Assembly (NCBI GenBank): GCA_031268885.1
Contig: JAIRWR010000029.1
Span: 5,120 to 69,119 of the forward strand
DNA length: 64,000 bases
Direction of reading: 5' to 3'
Source: Synergistaceae bacterium
Lineage (GTDB): Bacteria; Synergistota; Synergistia; Synergistales; Synergistaceae
Part shown: positions 36,742 to 46,889 of the stretch, one piece after another
How the letters are laid out: every line of letters begins with the position of its first letter
Position numbering within the stretch: the stretch's first letter is position 1
The notes under the pieces: model-generated
Database searches by the model: none
The model's input: only the letters and a program-made list of their open reading frames with translations
What the model was told of the DNA's origin: nothing
Made by a program: the position numbers and the translations under genes

Positions 36742-37456
36742 CGGATAGACGGGGTATTTCGAGCGACTTGAACTCCGAGGTCAGCGCGTCGTAAACGAGT
36801 ATGCGTCCTGTGACAGGCCGGCCTATGCCGAGTATGAACTTTATGGCCTCCATAGCCTGAAGGCTGCCCATCACGCCGCATACAGCCCCGACTACGCCGC
36901 CTCGGCGATTCGAGGCGCCCTCCCCGGGTTCACCGAAGACGCATCTGCAACACGGCCCCTTGCCTGGGATGTACGTCATCATCTGTCCGCCGAAACTGCC
37001 GACTCCGGCAAAAGTGAAGGGCTTGCGCGCTGTTACGCACGCGTCGTTTATCAAGAATTTCGAAGAAAAGTTGTCAGTGCCGTCAAGGATAAAGTCATAC
37101 GGCGCAATGATATCCATGATGTTGTCTGGAGTCAGAAATTCATCGTGAATATCAACCCGCACGTCTGGGTTGAAATCCGTGAGAATCCTCGACGCCAATT
37201 CAGCTTTCTTGCCGCCCACATCGTCCGGCCCGTAGAGTATCTGTCTTTGGAGATTTGACAGCTCAACGGTGTCGCCGTCAGCTATACCGATCGTGCCAAT
37301 CCCAGCCGCGGCCAAGTAGAGAGCCGCTGGCGAACCGAGACCGCCAGCGCCAGCAACCAGCACCCGAGCGTCGAGCAACCGTCTCTGCCCCGCCGTCCCG
37401 ATCTTTTTTAGGACGATATGCCTGGAGTAGCGCTTCATGTCAACCTTGTCCAGCAA
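36701..37456 (-). CDS. moeB: MoeB/ThiF-family adenylyltransferase (molybdopterin-synthase activating enzyme-like).
   Basis: RYSRHIVL..IG..GQ..L, GAGGLGSPAALYLAAAGIG, C-terminal CxxC pairs (CCRC, CPVC). Confidence 0.8.
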   Translation of the reverse strand: MLDKVDMKRYSRHIVLKKIGTAGQRRLLDARVLVAGAGGLGSPAALYLAAAGIGTIGIADGDTVELSNLQRQILYGPDDVGGKKAELASRILTDFNPDVRVDIHDEFLTPDNIMDIIAPYDFILDGTDNFSSKFLINDACVTARKPFTFAGVGSFGGQMMTYIPGKGPCCRCVFGEPGEGASNRRGGVVGAVCGVMGSLQAMEAIKFILGIGRPVTGRILVYDALTSEFKSLEIPRLSDDCPVCGIRPAVI

Positions 37457-37459
37457 AAA

Positions 37460-38113
37460 TCACCCCTCTCTGTCTCTGAGGGCCTTCAAATAAAGCCGAA
37501 TCTCCCCCGATACGCTCTGCTCCGAGGGGTTTTTCAGCGTTTCGAGCATTCCTCGGACGCCGCCCGCCAGAAACGAGGCGACGAAATCCTTCATGGGCAG
37601 TTCATAACCGTCTATATAAACCCGCGCTGGCGAGCCGTACCTCTCAGTCATATCCGCTATGTCCGATACGAGCCGGTCTATATCTCCGGGGCCATATACA
37701 AGACCGCCATCGCCCGGCCCGTGCCGGTCGTAGACGGCGAACACGCCGACGCTCTCCGGTACATCCTCCCCATCCTTCACAACCCAGATTTTGGGCAGCC
37801 GCAGATACTTTCCACCCTCCAATATCACTACGTCGGCCCGCGGGAAGTATCTGCCAGCCAGATCCCGGACGTCGAGTTCACCGGCATGGCCGCATAAAGT
37901 TTCAAATCTCAACGACTCCTCCCCCCAAAGGAGGGACGGCACGCCAAGTTGGTTCGCGGCTCCTGAGTCCGTGTCCGGCGGGGACGCCACAGACTCCTGT
38001 GTACGCTTTATATAGCCGACGCTGAAGCCGCGCGTAGTTAACGCGCTTATCAGCGTTCGGCAGAGCGTGCTCTTGCCAGAGCCTTTGTAGCCTGAAACCG
38101 CTATCACGTTCAT
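37460..38113 (-). CDS. MobB-like P-loop protein with a C-terminal extension.
   Basis: MNVIAVSGYKGSGKSTLC Walker A and MobB-like first ~130 aa. About 85 extra C-terminal residues are of unknown function. Confidence 0.65.
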   Translation of the reverse strand: MNVIAVSGYKGSGKSTLCRTLISALTTRGFSVGYIKRTQESVASPPDTDSGAANQLGVPSLLWGEESLRFETLCGHAGELDVRDLAGRYFPRADVVILEGGKYLRLPKIWVVKDGEDVPESVGVFAVYDRHGPGDGGLVYGPGDIDRLVSDIADMTERYGSPARVYIDGYELPMKDFVASFLAGGVRGMLETLKNPSEQSVSGEIRLYLKALRDREG

Positions 38114-38131
38114 AAACCCAGCGCTCCCTCC

Positions 38132-40048
38132 CTACGGCAGCTCATACCCACCCATGTTAACGACAGACCTCCTCCACTCCCCGCTCTCGATGGCCTCGGT
38201 CAGCGCGCCTGCCGCCGGGTGATCGAAGAACCCCTCCGAGAACACGAGTTCGTAAGGTTCCGTCGCTATAGGGATAAAATACAGCCCCAGAGCTGCGGCG
38301 GCCGACGCGATCCCGAGAGTGGCGTCAGCCACACCCGAGGCAACCTTATTGGCAGCCTCCAGATGAGTAATCGATATCCTGTCGTAACCGAGAACGTCAG
38401 CCGCGCTCAGTCCATTGCGCTTGAGCATGTAATCCAGCAACACCCTCGTTCCCGCGCCCGGTTGGCGGTTTTCGAACATCACCTCGCCTGAGGCCAGAGC
38501 CGCAAAGCCGCGTATATCCTTTGGATTGCCGGGAGCGGTCATTATACCCTGCTCGCGGCGGAAGATCAGTCTGCGGCGCCAGTCTCTCCCCGCGGCAAAC
38601 CGCGCGATATAGCTGGTGTTATAGGTTCCGTCCGAGGTATCCAGAAGATGCGCGGCGGCCAGATGCGCCTCGCCGCGGCCAAGCGCCGCCAGGCCGCCCA
38701 TGCTGCCGACCGCCCTTATCGCGAAGTCGTATCCAAGCTCTCGCATAATGGGTACAAGGAGCCCAACCGCCGGGTCATCCGACCCCTGGAAGAGGATTCT
38801 CTTCGAAAAATCCACGCGCTTCGTAAGGCGCACAGAGGCCCGCGTCCCCTTTGGGCACTCCAGCGTCTCCTCCGGCAACATCACAATCCCATCGGCCTCC
38901 GCGAGCGCCCATAAGACGCTTGCCCCCGCGGTGAGAGGCCAGCACAGCATCTCTCCATTTACCGACGCGCACTTCACTCTCAGACACTCGGCGACACCCT
39001 GTGGCGATGAGTGCTGAATCATGAATGATGCTGAGAGAGTCTCCGTTGAAGCTACCGCCTCCGAAATATAATCTGTGGATATCGCTTCGCCGGAGAGCCG
39101 CTTTAGGATCGGATAGACAAGCAACCACAGCGTGACCGCGCAGGACATCGGAAAACCTGGGGAGACGATGACCGGAACGCCTTCCACGTTGGCGGCCATG
39201 GCTGGTCTGCCCGGTTTCATCCGCACATATCTGAACAGCATGCATCCCAAGTCAGAGAGTATGCCGGCTGAATGATCCCGACTCCCCTTCGCGGAACCAG
39301 CGCTCACCAGAACGAGATCGTAACCGCGCGCAGCCCGCAGCACCTCCTCCTTTATTATGCCGGGCTTGTCCGGCAGGATGGGAGCCACGTCCAACGAATA
39401 GCCCCACGATTTGAAGATCGCTTCGGCATAGAGGGAGTTGCTGTCCGCCACAAGACCGGCAGGTATATGCGCCCCGGAGAGCCATTCATCACCGGATACT
39501 ATCTCGTCTCCGGTCGGAATAAATAACGTTCTGGGCTTCGCTCGGACAGAGACCTCACTGACCCCGGCGCACAACATGAGGGAGACGAGAGCGCACGTCA
39601 CCCTCTCGCCGCGGCTAGCGAGCAGCTGCCCGTTCATCACATCCTCTCCGACCGCTCTGACGTTTTCGCCCTGAGTCAGGCTTCGGAAAATTCTCAATCG
39701 CGCAGCTTCGGCGCTATCGTCTGACAATGCCGGTCCGGCCGACGTGTCCTCCACCATCACGACGGAGTCATAGTCGCCTACCGGCATACCAGTGTTGACC
39801 CAGGAAAATTCCCCATGTCCGAGCACTACCGGCGTCGCGGGCGACGCGCCCGCCGTTGAGCGCGACTGTACCGCATAGCCATCCACAGCCGAAGCTGAGT
39901 AGTGAGGCACGTTTCTCTCGGAGTATACATCGCCGGCGAGCATAAAACCGAGCGCGTCGCGCGCTCTCATCCTCTGTTCTTTGATGCGAGGATGCGCGAA
40001 CTCGTCCAGAAGTATTTTCAGGGCCTCGCTCAGCGAACAGTGCTCCAT
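38132..40048 (-). CDS. MoeA (molybdopterin molybdenum/tungsten transferase) fused to a C-terminal periplasmic-binding-protein-like (oxyanion-binding type) domain.
   Basis: MoeA core (NVPHYSASAVDGYAV..., SAGSAKGSRDH) followed by a PBP-like domain (ILFQGSDDPAVGLL...). The start is ATG 40048, or a GTG near 40066-40075 overlapping the upstream stop. The track start 40303 overlaps the upstream gene and is rejected. Confidence 0.75.
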   Translation of the reverse strand: MEHCSLSEALKILLDEFAHPRIKEQRMRARDALGFMLAGDVYSERNVPHYSASAVDGYAVQSRSTAGASPATPVVLGHGEFSWVNTGMPVGDYDSVVMVEDTSAGPALSDDSAEAARLRIFRSLTQGENVRAVGEDVMNGQLLASRGERVTCALVSLMLCAGVSEVSVRAKPRTLFIPTGDEIVSGDEWLSGAHIPAGLVADSNSLYAEAIFKSWGYSLDVAPILPDKPGIIKEEVLRAARGYDLVLVSAGSAKGSRDHSAGILSDLGCMLFRYVRMKPGRPAMAANVEGVPVIVSPGFPMSCAVTLWLLVYPILKRLSGEAISTDYISEAVASTETLSASFMIQHSSPQGVAECLRVKCASVNGEMLCWPLTAGASVLWALAEADGIVMLPEETLECPKGTRASVRLTKRVDFSKRILFQGSDDPAVGLLVPIMRELGYDFAIRAVGSMGGLAALGRGEAHLAAAHLLDTSDGTYNTSYIARFAAGRDWRRRLIFRREQGIMTAPGNPKDIRGFAALASGEVMFENRQPGAGTRVLLDYMLKRNGLSAADVLGYDRISITHLEAANKVASGVADATLGIASAAAALGLYFIPIATEPYELVFSEGFFDHPAAGALTEAIESGEWRRSVVNMGGYELP

Positions 40049-40062
40049 GTAATCGGACGCCC

Positions 40063-41304
40063 TCACCACAGCCACACCTCCGCCAGTTCCCCCTTCCTTA
40101 GCGTCTCGGTGTCGGGCCTCAGCCTTATGAACCCGTCGGCATGTCTCATTGCGGACACATACCCCGACTTGGCCGCGAGAGGACAGACGCCATCCCTCCC
40201 TATCATGGCCGGTATGAACTCGTCGGGACCGGTGCGCCCCGGCACGTCCTCCGCGAGAGGAAATACGCAATACTTTCCAACGTCGCGTCCGCCCAATCCG
40301 CACATGGCGTTTATCAGGGGGAGCGCGACGAATATCGACGAGACCAGGCAGGAGAGTGGGTGGCCCGGAAGCCCTATGATCAGCTTTTTTCTCTCCTTTG
40401 ATCCGCCGATTAACGTGGGTTTGCCTGGAGTCATGTTAATGCCTCGCACCAGCGGTCCCGAGTCCGAGAACTCGTCAATCAGCCTGGCAGTCTGATCCCT
40501 TGCCCCGACTGACGAGCCCCCGGAGATCAGGACGACGTCGCGTTCGCGGATTGCCTTTCCCGCGAGGGTCCTGATCTCCTCCCAGCAATCAGACGCTATC
40601 CCATATGCTGTGGACAGCATTCCGTATCTCTTGAGGATAGATTTAACCGTGGAAGTGTTGGCATCCCTGATGGAACCGTTTTGAAGCCGAGGCGTCTCCG
40701 CGGGAACAATCTCATCCCCAGTGGAGATCACCCCTACGCGCATATCTATTACGCTGACAGATGTGATTCCAAACGAGGCGAGGAGCCCGGGCACGGCTCT
40801 GTCTATCATCTCGCCCTTGCGAAGCAGGATATCACCGCTCGCTATCTCCTCGGCAGCGCTCAACACATTCTCTCCCCGCCGCACAGGCGATCGGATTTCG
40901 ACCCAACCGCCGGAGAGCGACGTGTTTTCCGCCATCACTACGGAGTCGGCCCCATCCGGCAGCATCCCGCCCGTCGGTATGGATACTGTCTCGTCCATCG
41001 CAAGTCTAATCGACGGCGCCGAACCCATAGCTATCTCCCCTGTAAATTTTAAAAAAACCGGCGAGCTCGCCGAAGCTCCAGTGGTATTCAAGTGATTTAG
41101 CGCATATCCGTCGCGGATGCTACGCGTAAATGGAGGATACGGCTCCGGAGATGGCACATCGACCGAGGAGAGAGCGTAGAGCGCATCCACAACGCGCTCT
41201 ACGCGACTGGGCGCCTCCCACGGAAAACCAAGGCTATCGGTCACAAAATTCAGGCAATCTTCAATAGACCTTGCTTCTTTTACAAAACCGGACATTATGA
41301 ACAC
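40063..41304 (-). CDS. moeA: Molybdopterin molybdenum/tungsten transferase MoeA.
   Basis: 413 aa with RDGYAL, ISTGDEIV, LISGGSSVGARDQ and PGKPT blocks. Confidence 0.85.
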   Translation of the reverse strand: MFIMSGFVKEARSIEDCLNFVTDSLGFPWEAPSRVERVVDALYALSSVDVPSPEPYPPFTRSIRDGYALNHLNTTGASASSPVFLKFTGEIAMGSAPSIRLAMDETVSIPTGGMLPDGADSVVMAENTSLSGGWVEIRSPVRRGENVLSAAEEIASGDILLRKGEMIDRAVPGLLASFGITSVSVIDMRVGVISTGDEIVPAETPRLQNGSIRDANTSTVKSILKRYGMLSTAYGIASDCWEEIRTLAGKAIRERDVVLISGGSSVGARDQTARLIDEFSDSGPLVRGINMTPGKPTLIGGSKERKKLIIGLPGHPLSCLVSSIFVALPLINAMCGLGGRDVGKYCVFPLAEDVPGRTGPDEFIPAMIGRDGVCPLAAKSGYVSAMRHADGFIRLRPDTETLRKGELAEVWLW

Positions 41305-41576
41305 CTCAGGCTAAATCTCCCGACATTATATCAATCGTCCAACGGCGAGGGGTCGAACCGCTTCCACATCTCTCAACAGATTGATCGAATTATATCATCA
41401 GAATGTTTTCGCACAGGCTGGCGCATATTTTGACTGCTCCAGCGTTGGGCCATTAACGGTGAAGCATCTCTTTACGCGAGATTATCTTTCATAATGGCGA
41501 TCAATAGTATAATGTAAACATAGTTATCGGAGGGGGGTCGCGGATCCCCAACTATAAAATTCGGGAGGGTAAACTG

Positions 41577-43757
41577 GTGAATAAAATGAAGCTCTTGGCG
41601 GAGTGGGATTATACTCCGTCCGCGCCGCGTCTAGGATACACCAGAGAGACGCTGTACGTCGGGCTTGGCAATCGCGACGGCAGTTACAGGTTCGAAAAGC
41701 GTCCCGTGACTGACGACATGATCGACAAATTCATCGGAGGCCGTGGGTTTGGGCTCAAACTCTTATGGGACGCCGTGACGCCTGAGACCAAGTGGAACGA
41801 CCCCGAGAACGAAATAGTCATATCGGGGGGGCCGATCTGCGGCATAACACAGTATCCTGGCGCTGGAAAGTGTTACTCCGTCTTCCTGTCGCCGCTCACA
41901 GAGCAGACCTACAACAGCAACGCGGGCGGATACTTCGCGCCTCTGCTCAAATTCTCCGGGTTCGACGCGCTGGAACTTCAAGGCATGGCTGAGCGCGATG
42001 TGGTAGTTTTCATAGACGGGGACAATGGGCGCGTCGAAATACTGGAGTCGAACATAACGGATGACAAAAACGCTTATACCGTCACCGAACGCCTGCACGA
42101 GTATTTCGCGGCGGATGAAAAGGACAAGAAGAACATATCCGTCGTGTCGAGCGGACAGGCGGCAACCCACAGCCTCTGGGGCTGCATGAATTTCAGCTTC
42201 TACGACCAGAGGCGCAAGGTTGCCAGGCTTAAACAGGCTGGGCGCGGCGGAGGCGGAACGGTGCTGCGCGGCAAGGGAGCTCTGGCGCTTGTAGTCAAGA
42301 TGAGCCGCGTCACCGGGAACTCGACCGGCCCGGCGGACACCGACACCTTGAGCCGCGTCGGCGGCAAGGTACACAAGGAGATACGCGACTTTGACGACGT
42401 ACAGTGCAAGATGCGCACCATCGGCACGGCTCACCTGAACGAAATAATGAACGATTACGACCTGCTGCCAGTGAATAACTATAAATTCGGCCGGCACGAC
42501 GATATCGGCAGGATCCACTCCGAGGAATACAAGAAGCGTTTCGCTCAAGGGATGCCGGATGGATGCTGGTACGGCTGCTCACTCTCCTGCGCGAAAGCTA
42601 CGCCTCCGTTCAAGCTCGCAACCGGCCCTTGGAAGGGACGAGAAGTGATAGTAGACGGCCCGGAGTACGAGACGGCGGCAGGGCTCGGCTCGAACGTCGG
42701 CATATTCGACCCCGAGTGGACGATAGAGGCCAACTTCTACGCCGACCACTACGGAATAGACACCATCTCTCTCGGAACCGGGATCGCTTTCGTATGTGAG
42801 TGCTACGGGCTGGGGCTGATAACCAGGGAGAATACCGGGGGGTTGGAACTGAACTTCGGCAACAAGATCGACATCATGGAGCTGATCCATAGGATAGCCT
42901 TGGGGGCCGACGAGTTCTCGCGCATAGTGGCGCTCGGAACTCGCAGGATGAAGCGTCTGTTAGCCGAAAGGTACGGCGCTGACAGCAAGATCATGGAGGA
43001 TATAGCGATGGAAGGGCAGGGGCTGGAGGCTTCCGAATACCGCTGCCAGGAATCCATCGCGCAGTGGGGCGGATACTTCCTGACTCTCAAGGGACCGCAG
43101 CACGATGAGGCGTGGCTGATATTCATGGACATGGTAAACAAGCAGCTTCCAACGTTCGAGGACAAAGCGGAGGCGCTCTTCTACTTCCCAAACTTCCGCC
43201 TGTGGTTCTCGCTCGTCGGACTGTGCAAGCTCCCGTGGAATGACATAGAGCCCGAGGACAACCACGCTAAGTACAAGGGCATCGAGGCGGCGAAAGTGCC
43301 CGAGCACGTACAGAATTACGTCGACATATACAACGCCGTCACCGGCAAGAACGTGGTCAAGGAAGATTTGATCGCTATGTCGGAGAAGGTATACAATTTC
43401 GAGCGAATTTTTAACTTGCGAATGGGAAAGGGCACACGCTCGAATCATAACTGTCCGAACAGGGGACTTGGCCCGGTGTTCGAGGACGAGTGGATGGCCC
43501 GCCCGGATTACTTCGATGGCAAGCTGAAGGAGGCTGGAATCAAGCCGGAGGGCTTGAGTGTCAAGGAGAAGATAGAACGCCTCCAGACGCACCGCAGGGC
43601 ACAGTGGGAGCAGCTAGTTGACAAGGTGTACGCGAGGCGGGGATGGAACCGCAACGGCATCCCGACGCTAGATACAGTACGGCGGCTGGGCATAGACTAC
43701 CCAGACGTTGTGGAGTTGCTGGAGCGCAATCTCAAGCCGGAGGACGAATTCCAATGA
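41577..43757 (+). CDS. Aldehyde:ferredoxin oxidoreductase (AOR) family tungstopterin enzyme, long form (726 aa).
   Basis: AOR N-domain (GYTRETLYVGL..., FIGGRGFGLKLLW) and the large alpha-helical domains. GTG start lies 7 nt after GGGAGGG. It is longer than the ~600-aa archetype. Confidence 0.85.
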   Translation: MNKMKLLAEWDYTPSAPRLGYTRETLYVGLGNRDGSYRFEKRPVTDDMIDKFIGGRGFGLKLLWDAVTPETKWNDPENEIVISGGPICGITQYPGAGKCYSVFLSPLTEQTYNSNAGGYFAPLLKFSGFDALELQGMAERDVVVFIDGDNGRVEILESNITDDKNAYTVTERLHEYFAADEKDKKNISVVSSGQAATHSLWGCMNFSFYDQRRKVARLKQAGRGGGGTVLRGKGALALVVKMSRVTGNSTGPADTDTLSRVGGKVHKEIRDFDDVQCKMRTIGTAHLNEIMNDYDLLPVNNYKFGRHDDIGRIHSEEYKKRFAQGMPDGCWYGCSLSCAKATPPFKLATGPWKGREVIVDGPEYETAAGLGSNVGIFDPEWTIEANFYADHYGIDTISLGTGIAFVCECYGLGLITRENTGGLELNFGNKIDIMELIHRIALGADEFSRIVALGTRRMKRLLAERYGADSKIMEDIAMEGQGLEASEYRCQESIAQWGGYFLTLKGPQHDEAWLIFMDMVNKQLPTFEDKAEALFYFPNFRLWFSLVGLCKLPWNDIEPEDNHAKYKGIEAAKVPEHVQNYVDIYNAVTGKNVVKEDLIAMSEKVYNFERIFNLRMGKGTRSNHNCPNRGLGPVFEDEWMARPDYFDGKLKEAGIKPEGLSVKEKIERLQTHRRAQWEQLVDKVYARRGWNRNGIPTLDTVRRLGIDYPDVVELLERNLKPEDEFQ

Positions 43758-43954
43758 TAACGGTAAACGGCGACAGATTCGAATGGAAGGAGGGCTTGAC
43801 GGTTCAGGATATATTGGACGCGAAAAACTATACATTCAGAATGATATCGGTATGGATAAACGGAGAAGCCGTCCAGAACCGCGGCGACTACGCCTCCACG
43901 CTCGTCCCCGACAAGGGAGAGGTGGAGGTAATCCACATGATAAGCGGAGGGTGA
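43754..43954 (+). CDS. MoaD/ThiS-family small sulfur-carrier-like protein ending in Gly-Gly.
   Basis: 66 aa, MITVNGDRFEWKEGLTVQDILD...VIHMISGG-stop. The ATG overlaps the AOR stop (ATGA). It is embedded in a longer track ORF (43643..43954). Confidence 0.75.
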   Translation: MITVNGDRFEWKEGLTVQDILDAKNYTFRMISVWINGEAVQNRGDYASTLVPDKGEVEVIHMISGG

Positions 43955-44146
43955 AGGTTTCGGGGCTTTGTATGGCGTTAGAACGCGAAGAGCACGTGAA
44001 CGCGCGTTTGGACAGATATATCTCGCGGAGAGTGTTTCATATCCGGGAATCCTGGATTCATGACTCTCAAACCACAGATTGACGCGACCTTTTGGCGGTT
44101 CTATAATCATGAGTACAAAAATGTCGATATTTGGGGGGATCTGTTC

Positions 44147-44893
44147 ATGCCAGCAAAGAGTCACGTTCTATGGGATCAACTGAAGGATTTGAAGTCAAAA
44201 TACAGATGGGTGGACCTGACGCACACACTCAGCCCTGAGACGCCGCACTGGTACGGATTTCAACCCTTGGACGCCAAAAAATTGTTCGATTTCGACACGG
44301 CGCCGATGAAGGTGTTCGAATACACGGTGGCAGGACAGTACGGCACCCACGCCGACGTGCCGGGTCACTTCGATCCGAATGGCAGGCTGATGCACGAGAT
44401 CCGCGCGGACGAATTCGCGTACCCGCTGTGCGTCATTGACAGATCGGCGGCGGTTGCCTCCAATCATGATTACGCCCTCACAGAACAGGATGTGCTGGAT
44501 TGGGAGGCGGTCAACGGGGAGATCCCCGAAGGAGCGTTCGTCGCGTTTCGCAGTGACTGGTCCAAACGAAGCGCCGCCGAGTACGACAACAAGGACTCCG
44601 ACGGCAATGCCCACTATCCGGGCTGGGATCTGGATTGCGTCAAATGGCTGTGCGGCGCCCGCAAGGTCGGGGCCATCGGACACGAGACCTCGGACACCGA
44701 CCCGGCCAATCGTCAGGCGGAGATCGGATTCGCCGCCGAGGATTACATACTGCGTCAGGATAAACTCAACGTCGAGGTCATGTGCAATCTGGACCAGGTT
44801 CCACCGACAGGAGCGATAATTTTTGTGGTCTTTCCCAGACTGAAGGATGGCACTGGATTCCCGACCAGATGTTTTGCCATCTGCCCCAAATAA
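44147..44893 (+). CDS. Cyclase-family protein (kynurenine/aryl-formamidase-like).
   Basis: QYGTHADVPGHF (HxGTHxDxPxH motif). The preferred start MPAKSH lies behind GGGGGAT. Confidence 0.75.
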   Translation: MPAKSHVLWDQLKDLKSKYRWVDLTHTLSPETPHWYGFQPLDAKKLFDFDTAPMKVFEYTVAGQYGTHADVPGHFDPNGRLMHEIRADEFAYPLCVIDRSAAVASNHDYALTEQDVLDWEAVNGEIPEGAFVAFRSDWSKRSAAEYDNKDSDGNAHYPGWDLDCVKWLCGARKVGAIGHETSDTDPANRQAEIGFAAEDYILRQDKLNVEVMCNLDQVPPTGAIIFVVFPRLKDGTGFPTRCFAICPK

Positions 44894-45009
44894 ATAAATA
44901 TAGCGGTTGCCCCGCGCGACGCTAAATTGAGAAGAGCTTTTCGGCACAATACCGGCGGACGAGGCTGACACGCGCTTCGTTCGCCGTAAATCGAAGGGAG
45001 AGATTCGCA

Positions 45010-45606
45010 TTGGGCCTGCAATTTAATGAGCGGTTGTCACGTCTGCAAAAACCCGACAGAAGAGAGATGACAGACGAACAGTATGAGATATTCGACAAAA
45101 ATGCCGATACGATGGAGAGAAACTGTGGGGTCATCAACAACCTGTTCGGGGTTCTGCCGCTCAACGCCTCACAGTACATAAGTTTCCTCGACTTCAAAGC
45201 GTCGCTCTTCGACCCCGAGATCTGCTATCTCTCGAACATTGACAAGGAGATGATAGGGTTGGTTGTCTCCTCCGCCAACGGCTGTGCCTACTGCCTGACC
45301 ACCCACGGCGACATCTTGCGCGGTCTTACCGGCGACTCCGGATGGGTGGACAGCCTCTGCTATAACTACCGCACGGCAAAGCTGACAAAAAAACAGCGGG
45401 CGCTGTGCGATTACGCGTATTTTGTCACAGTTTATCCCCGTGAGATCGACGCCGACCAGGTCGAAGATCTTAGGGACGCTGGGTTTAACGATCATGAAAT
45501 CTTGGAAGCCGCCTTCGTCGCCGGATTTTTCAACTATACAAACCGCTGGGTAAGCACCATCGCCCCAAAGCCAAATCCCTTCCATTTCAACCATAACAGG
45601 GGGTGA
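45010..45606 (+). CDS. Carboxymuconolactone decarboxylase / AhpD-like peroxidase-related protein.
   Basis: CxxC in SSANGCAYCLTTHG. TTG start lies 7 nt after AAGGGAGAG. Confidence 0.7.
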   Translation: MGLQFNERLSRLQKPDRREMTDEQYEIFDKNADTMERNCGVINNLFGVLPLNASQYISFLDFKASLFDPEICYLSNIDKEMIGLVVSSANGCAYCLTTHGDILRGLTGDSGWVDSLCYNYRTAKLTKKQRALCDYAYFVTVYPREIDADQVEDLRDAGFNDHEILEAAFVAGFFNYTNRWVSTIAPKPNPFHFNHNRG

Positions 45607-45786
45607 GGCAAGAACCTGGCGGATGGCAGCATAACAAGCGCGTCAACCCGAATGATATACGCCCCCCAAGCCGAAGGCGGATTGGCATGACAGCGCGTGA
45701 CCCCGGCAAGACAAACTCCGCTATCGGGTTTATAATAATCCTCACTCGAACAGCAGGTCACATAATCCGGAAGGGAATGAAAAGAC

Positions 45787-46860
45787 ATGGAAATCCGCAT
45801 AGAGAAGACGCAGCATCCCAAGAAGAGACCGTCCGATGACGAAATCTTGAACATCCCGTTTGGGAAGGTATTTTCGGACCACATGTTTATGATGGACTAC
45901 AAAGAGGGCAAGGGGTGGCACAACGCAAGGATAGTGCCTTACGGCCCTCTGTCGCTCGAACCCTCGGCCTGCTGCCTGCATTACGGCCAGTTGATCTTCG
46001 AGGGGCTGAAGGCGTATAAAACGGCAGACGGAAGTATCGTCATGTTCCGACCCGACCAGAATATGGCGCGGATGAACAATAGCTGCGACCGCATGTGCAT
46101 CCCCCAGATCGACGAGAAAGAGGTCACAAAGGCCATCGCGAAACTCGTGGAGATCGAGGAGGCGTGGGTTCCGTCCGCTCCATCAACATCCCTTTACATC
46201 CGTCCTTTTATATTGGCGGACGAAGCTTTTTTGGGCATTCATCCTTCCGGATCATTTTTGTTCGTCGTCATCCTCTCTCCAGTCGGACCGTACTACAAAG
46301 GGGGTCTGGAGCCCGTCAAAATCTACGTGGAGACCAACTATGCCCGCGCGGTCAAGGGTGGCACGGGATTCGCGAAGTGCGCCGGCAATTACGCCGGTTC
46401 GCTCAAATCCCAGGCCGAAGCCGAGGAAAAAGGGTATTCCCAGGTTCTGTGGCTCGACGGGACCGAGCGCAAGTACATTGAAGAAGTCGGAGCGATGAAC
46501 GTATTTTTCGTCATAGACGACACTGTGGTGACTCCTGAACTCAACGGCAGCATCCTGTCGGGGATCACGCGCAAGTCGGTGATAGAAGTCGTTAAGAGCT
46601 GGAATATGCCCATCTCTGAACGGAGAATATCGATCGACGACCTGATTTGCGCTTATGAGTCCGGAAAGCTGCGGGAGGTTTTCGGCGCTGGTACGGCCGC
46701 GGTCATATCGCCGATAGGCGAACTGAAGTATAAAGATACCGTCATGTCCATCAACGGCGGGAAGATCGGCCAGATCTCGCAAAGACTGTATGATGAGATC
46801 ACTGGTATTCAAACCTGTACCAGAGAGGACAAGTTCGGCTGGATATACAAGGTAAAATAG
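45787..46860 (+). CDS. ilvE: Branched-chain amino acid aminotransferase.
   Basis: 357 aa, fold-type IV. Blocks YGQLIFEGLKAYK..DGSIVMFRP..N..RM and EEVGAMNVFFV. Confidence 0.9.
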   Translation: MEIRIEKTQHPKKRPSDDEILNIPFGKVFSDHMFMMDYKEGKGWHNARIVPYGPLSLEPSACCLHYGQLIFEGLKAYKTADGSIVMFRPDQNMARMNNSCDRMCIPQIDEKEVTKAIAKLVEIEEAWVPSAPSTSLYIRPFILADEAFLGIHPSGSFLFVVILSPVGPYYKGGLEPVKIYVETNYARAVKGGTGFAKCAGNYAGSLKSQAEAEEKGYSQVLWLDGTERKYIEEVGAMNVFFVIDDTVVTPELNGSILSGITRKSVIEVVKSWNMPISERRISIDDLICAYESGKLREVFGAGTAAVISPIGELKYKDTVMSINGGKIGQISQRLYDEITGIQTCTREDKFGWIYKVK

Positions 46861-46889
46861 CTCCAGCACTTTGAGAGGAGAGAGATATT

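Noticed and set aside
40049-40303. N-terminal extension of the MoeA-PBP ORF (track start 40303).
   Set aside because: It overlaps the 3' end of the upstream moeA, and the translation is Arg/Gly-rich nonsense. MoeA homology starts near MEHCSLSEAL.
41330-41420. GGTTCGACCCC string suggestive of a tRNA T-arm on the minus strand.
   Set aside because: The flanking sequence cannot form a T-stem, acceptor stem or anticodon arm.
41305-41576. Moco/Tuco riboswitch upstream of moeA or the AOR gene, and also upstream of the Mop-type gene at 1385..1540.
   Set aside because: I could not find the conserved Moco-motif blocks I recall, such as the GCCUCCC...GGAAAGG end. An Infernal scan would be needed for a definitive answer.
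41763-43592. Minus-strand ORFs of 261 aa and 210 aa (41763..42548, 42960..43592).
   Set aside because: They are antisense shadows inside the AOR gene, with low-complexity Arg/Ala/Val-rich translations.
44195-45010. 271-aa minus-strand ORF.
   Set aside because: It is antisense to the cyclase-family gene, which has clear family motifs. This is shadow-frame composition.
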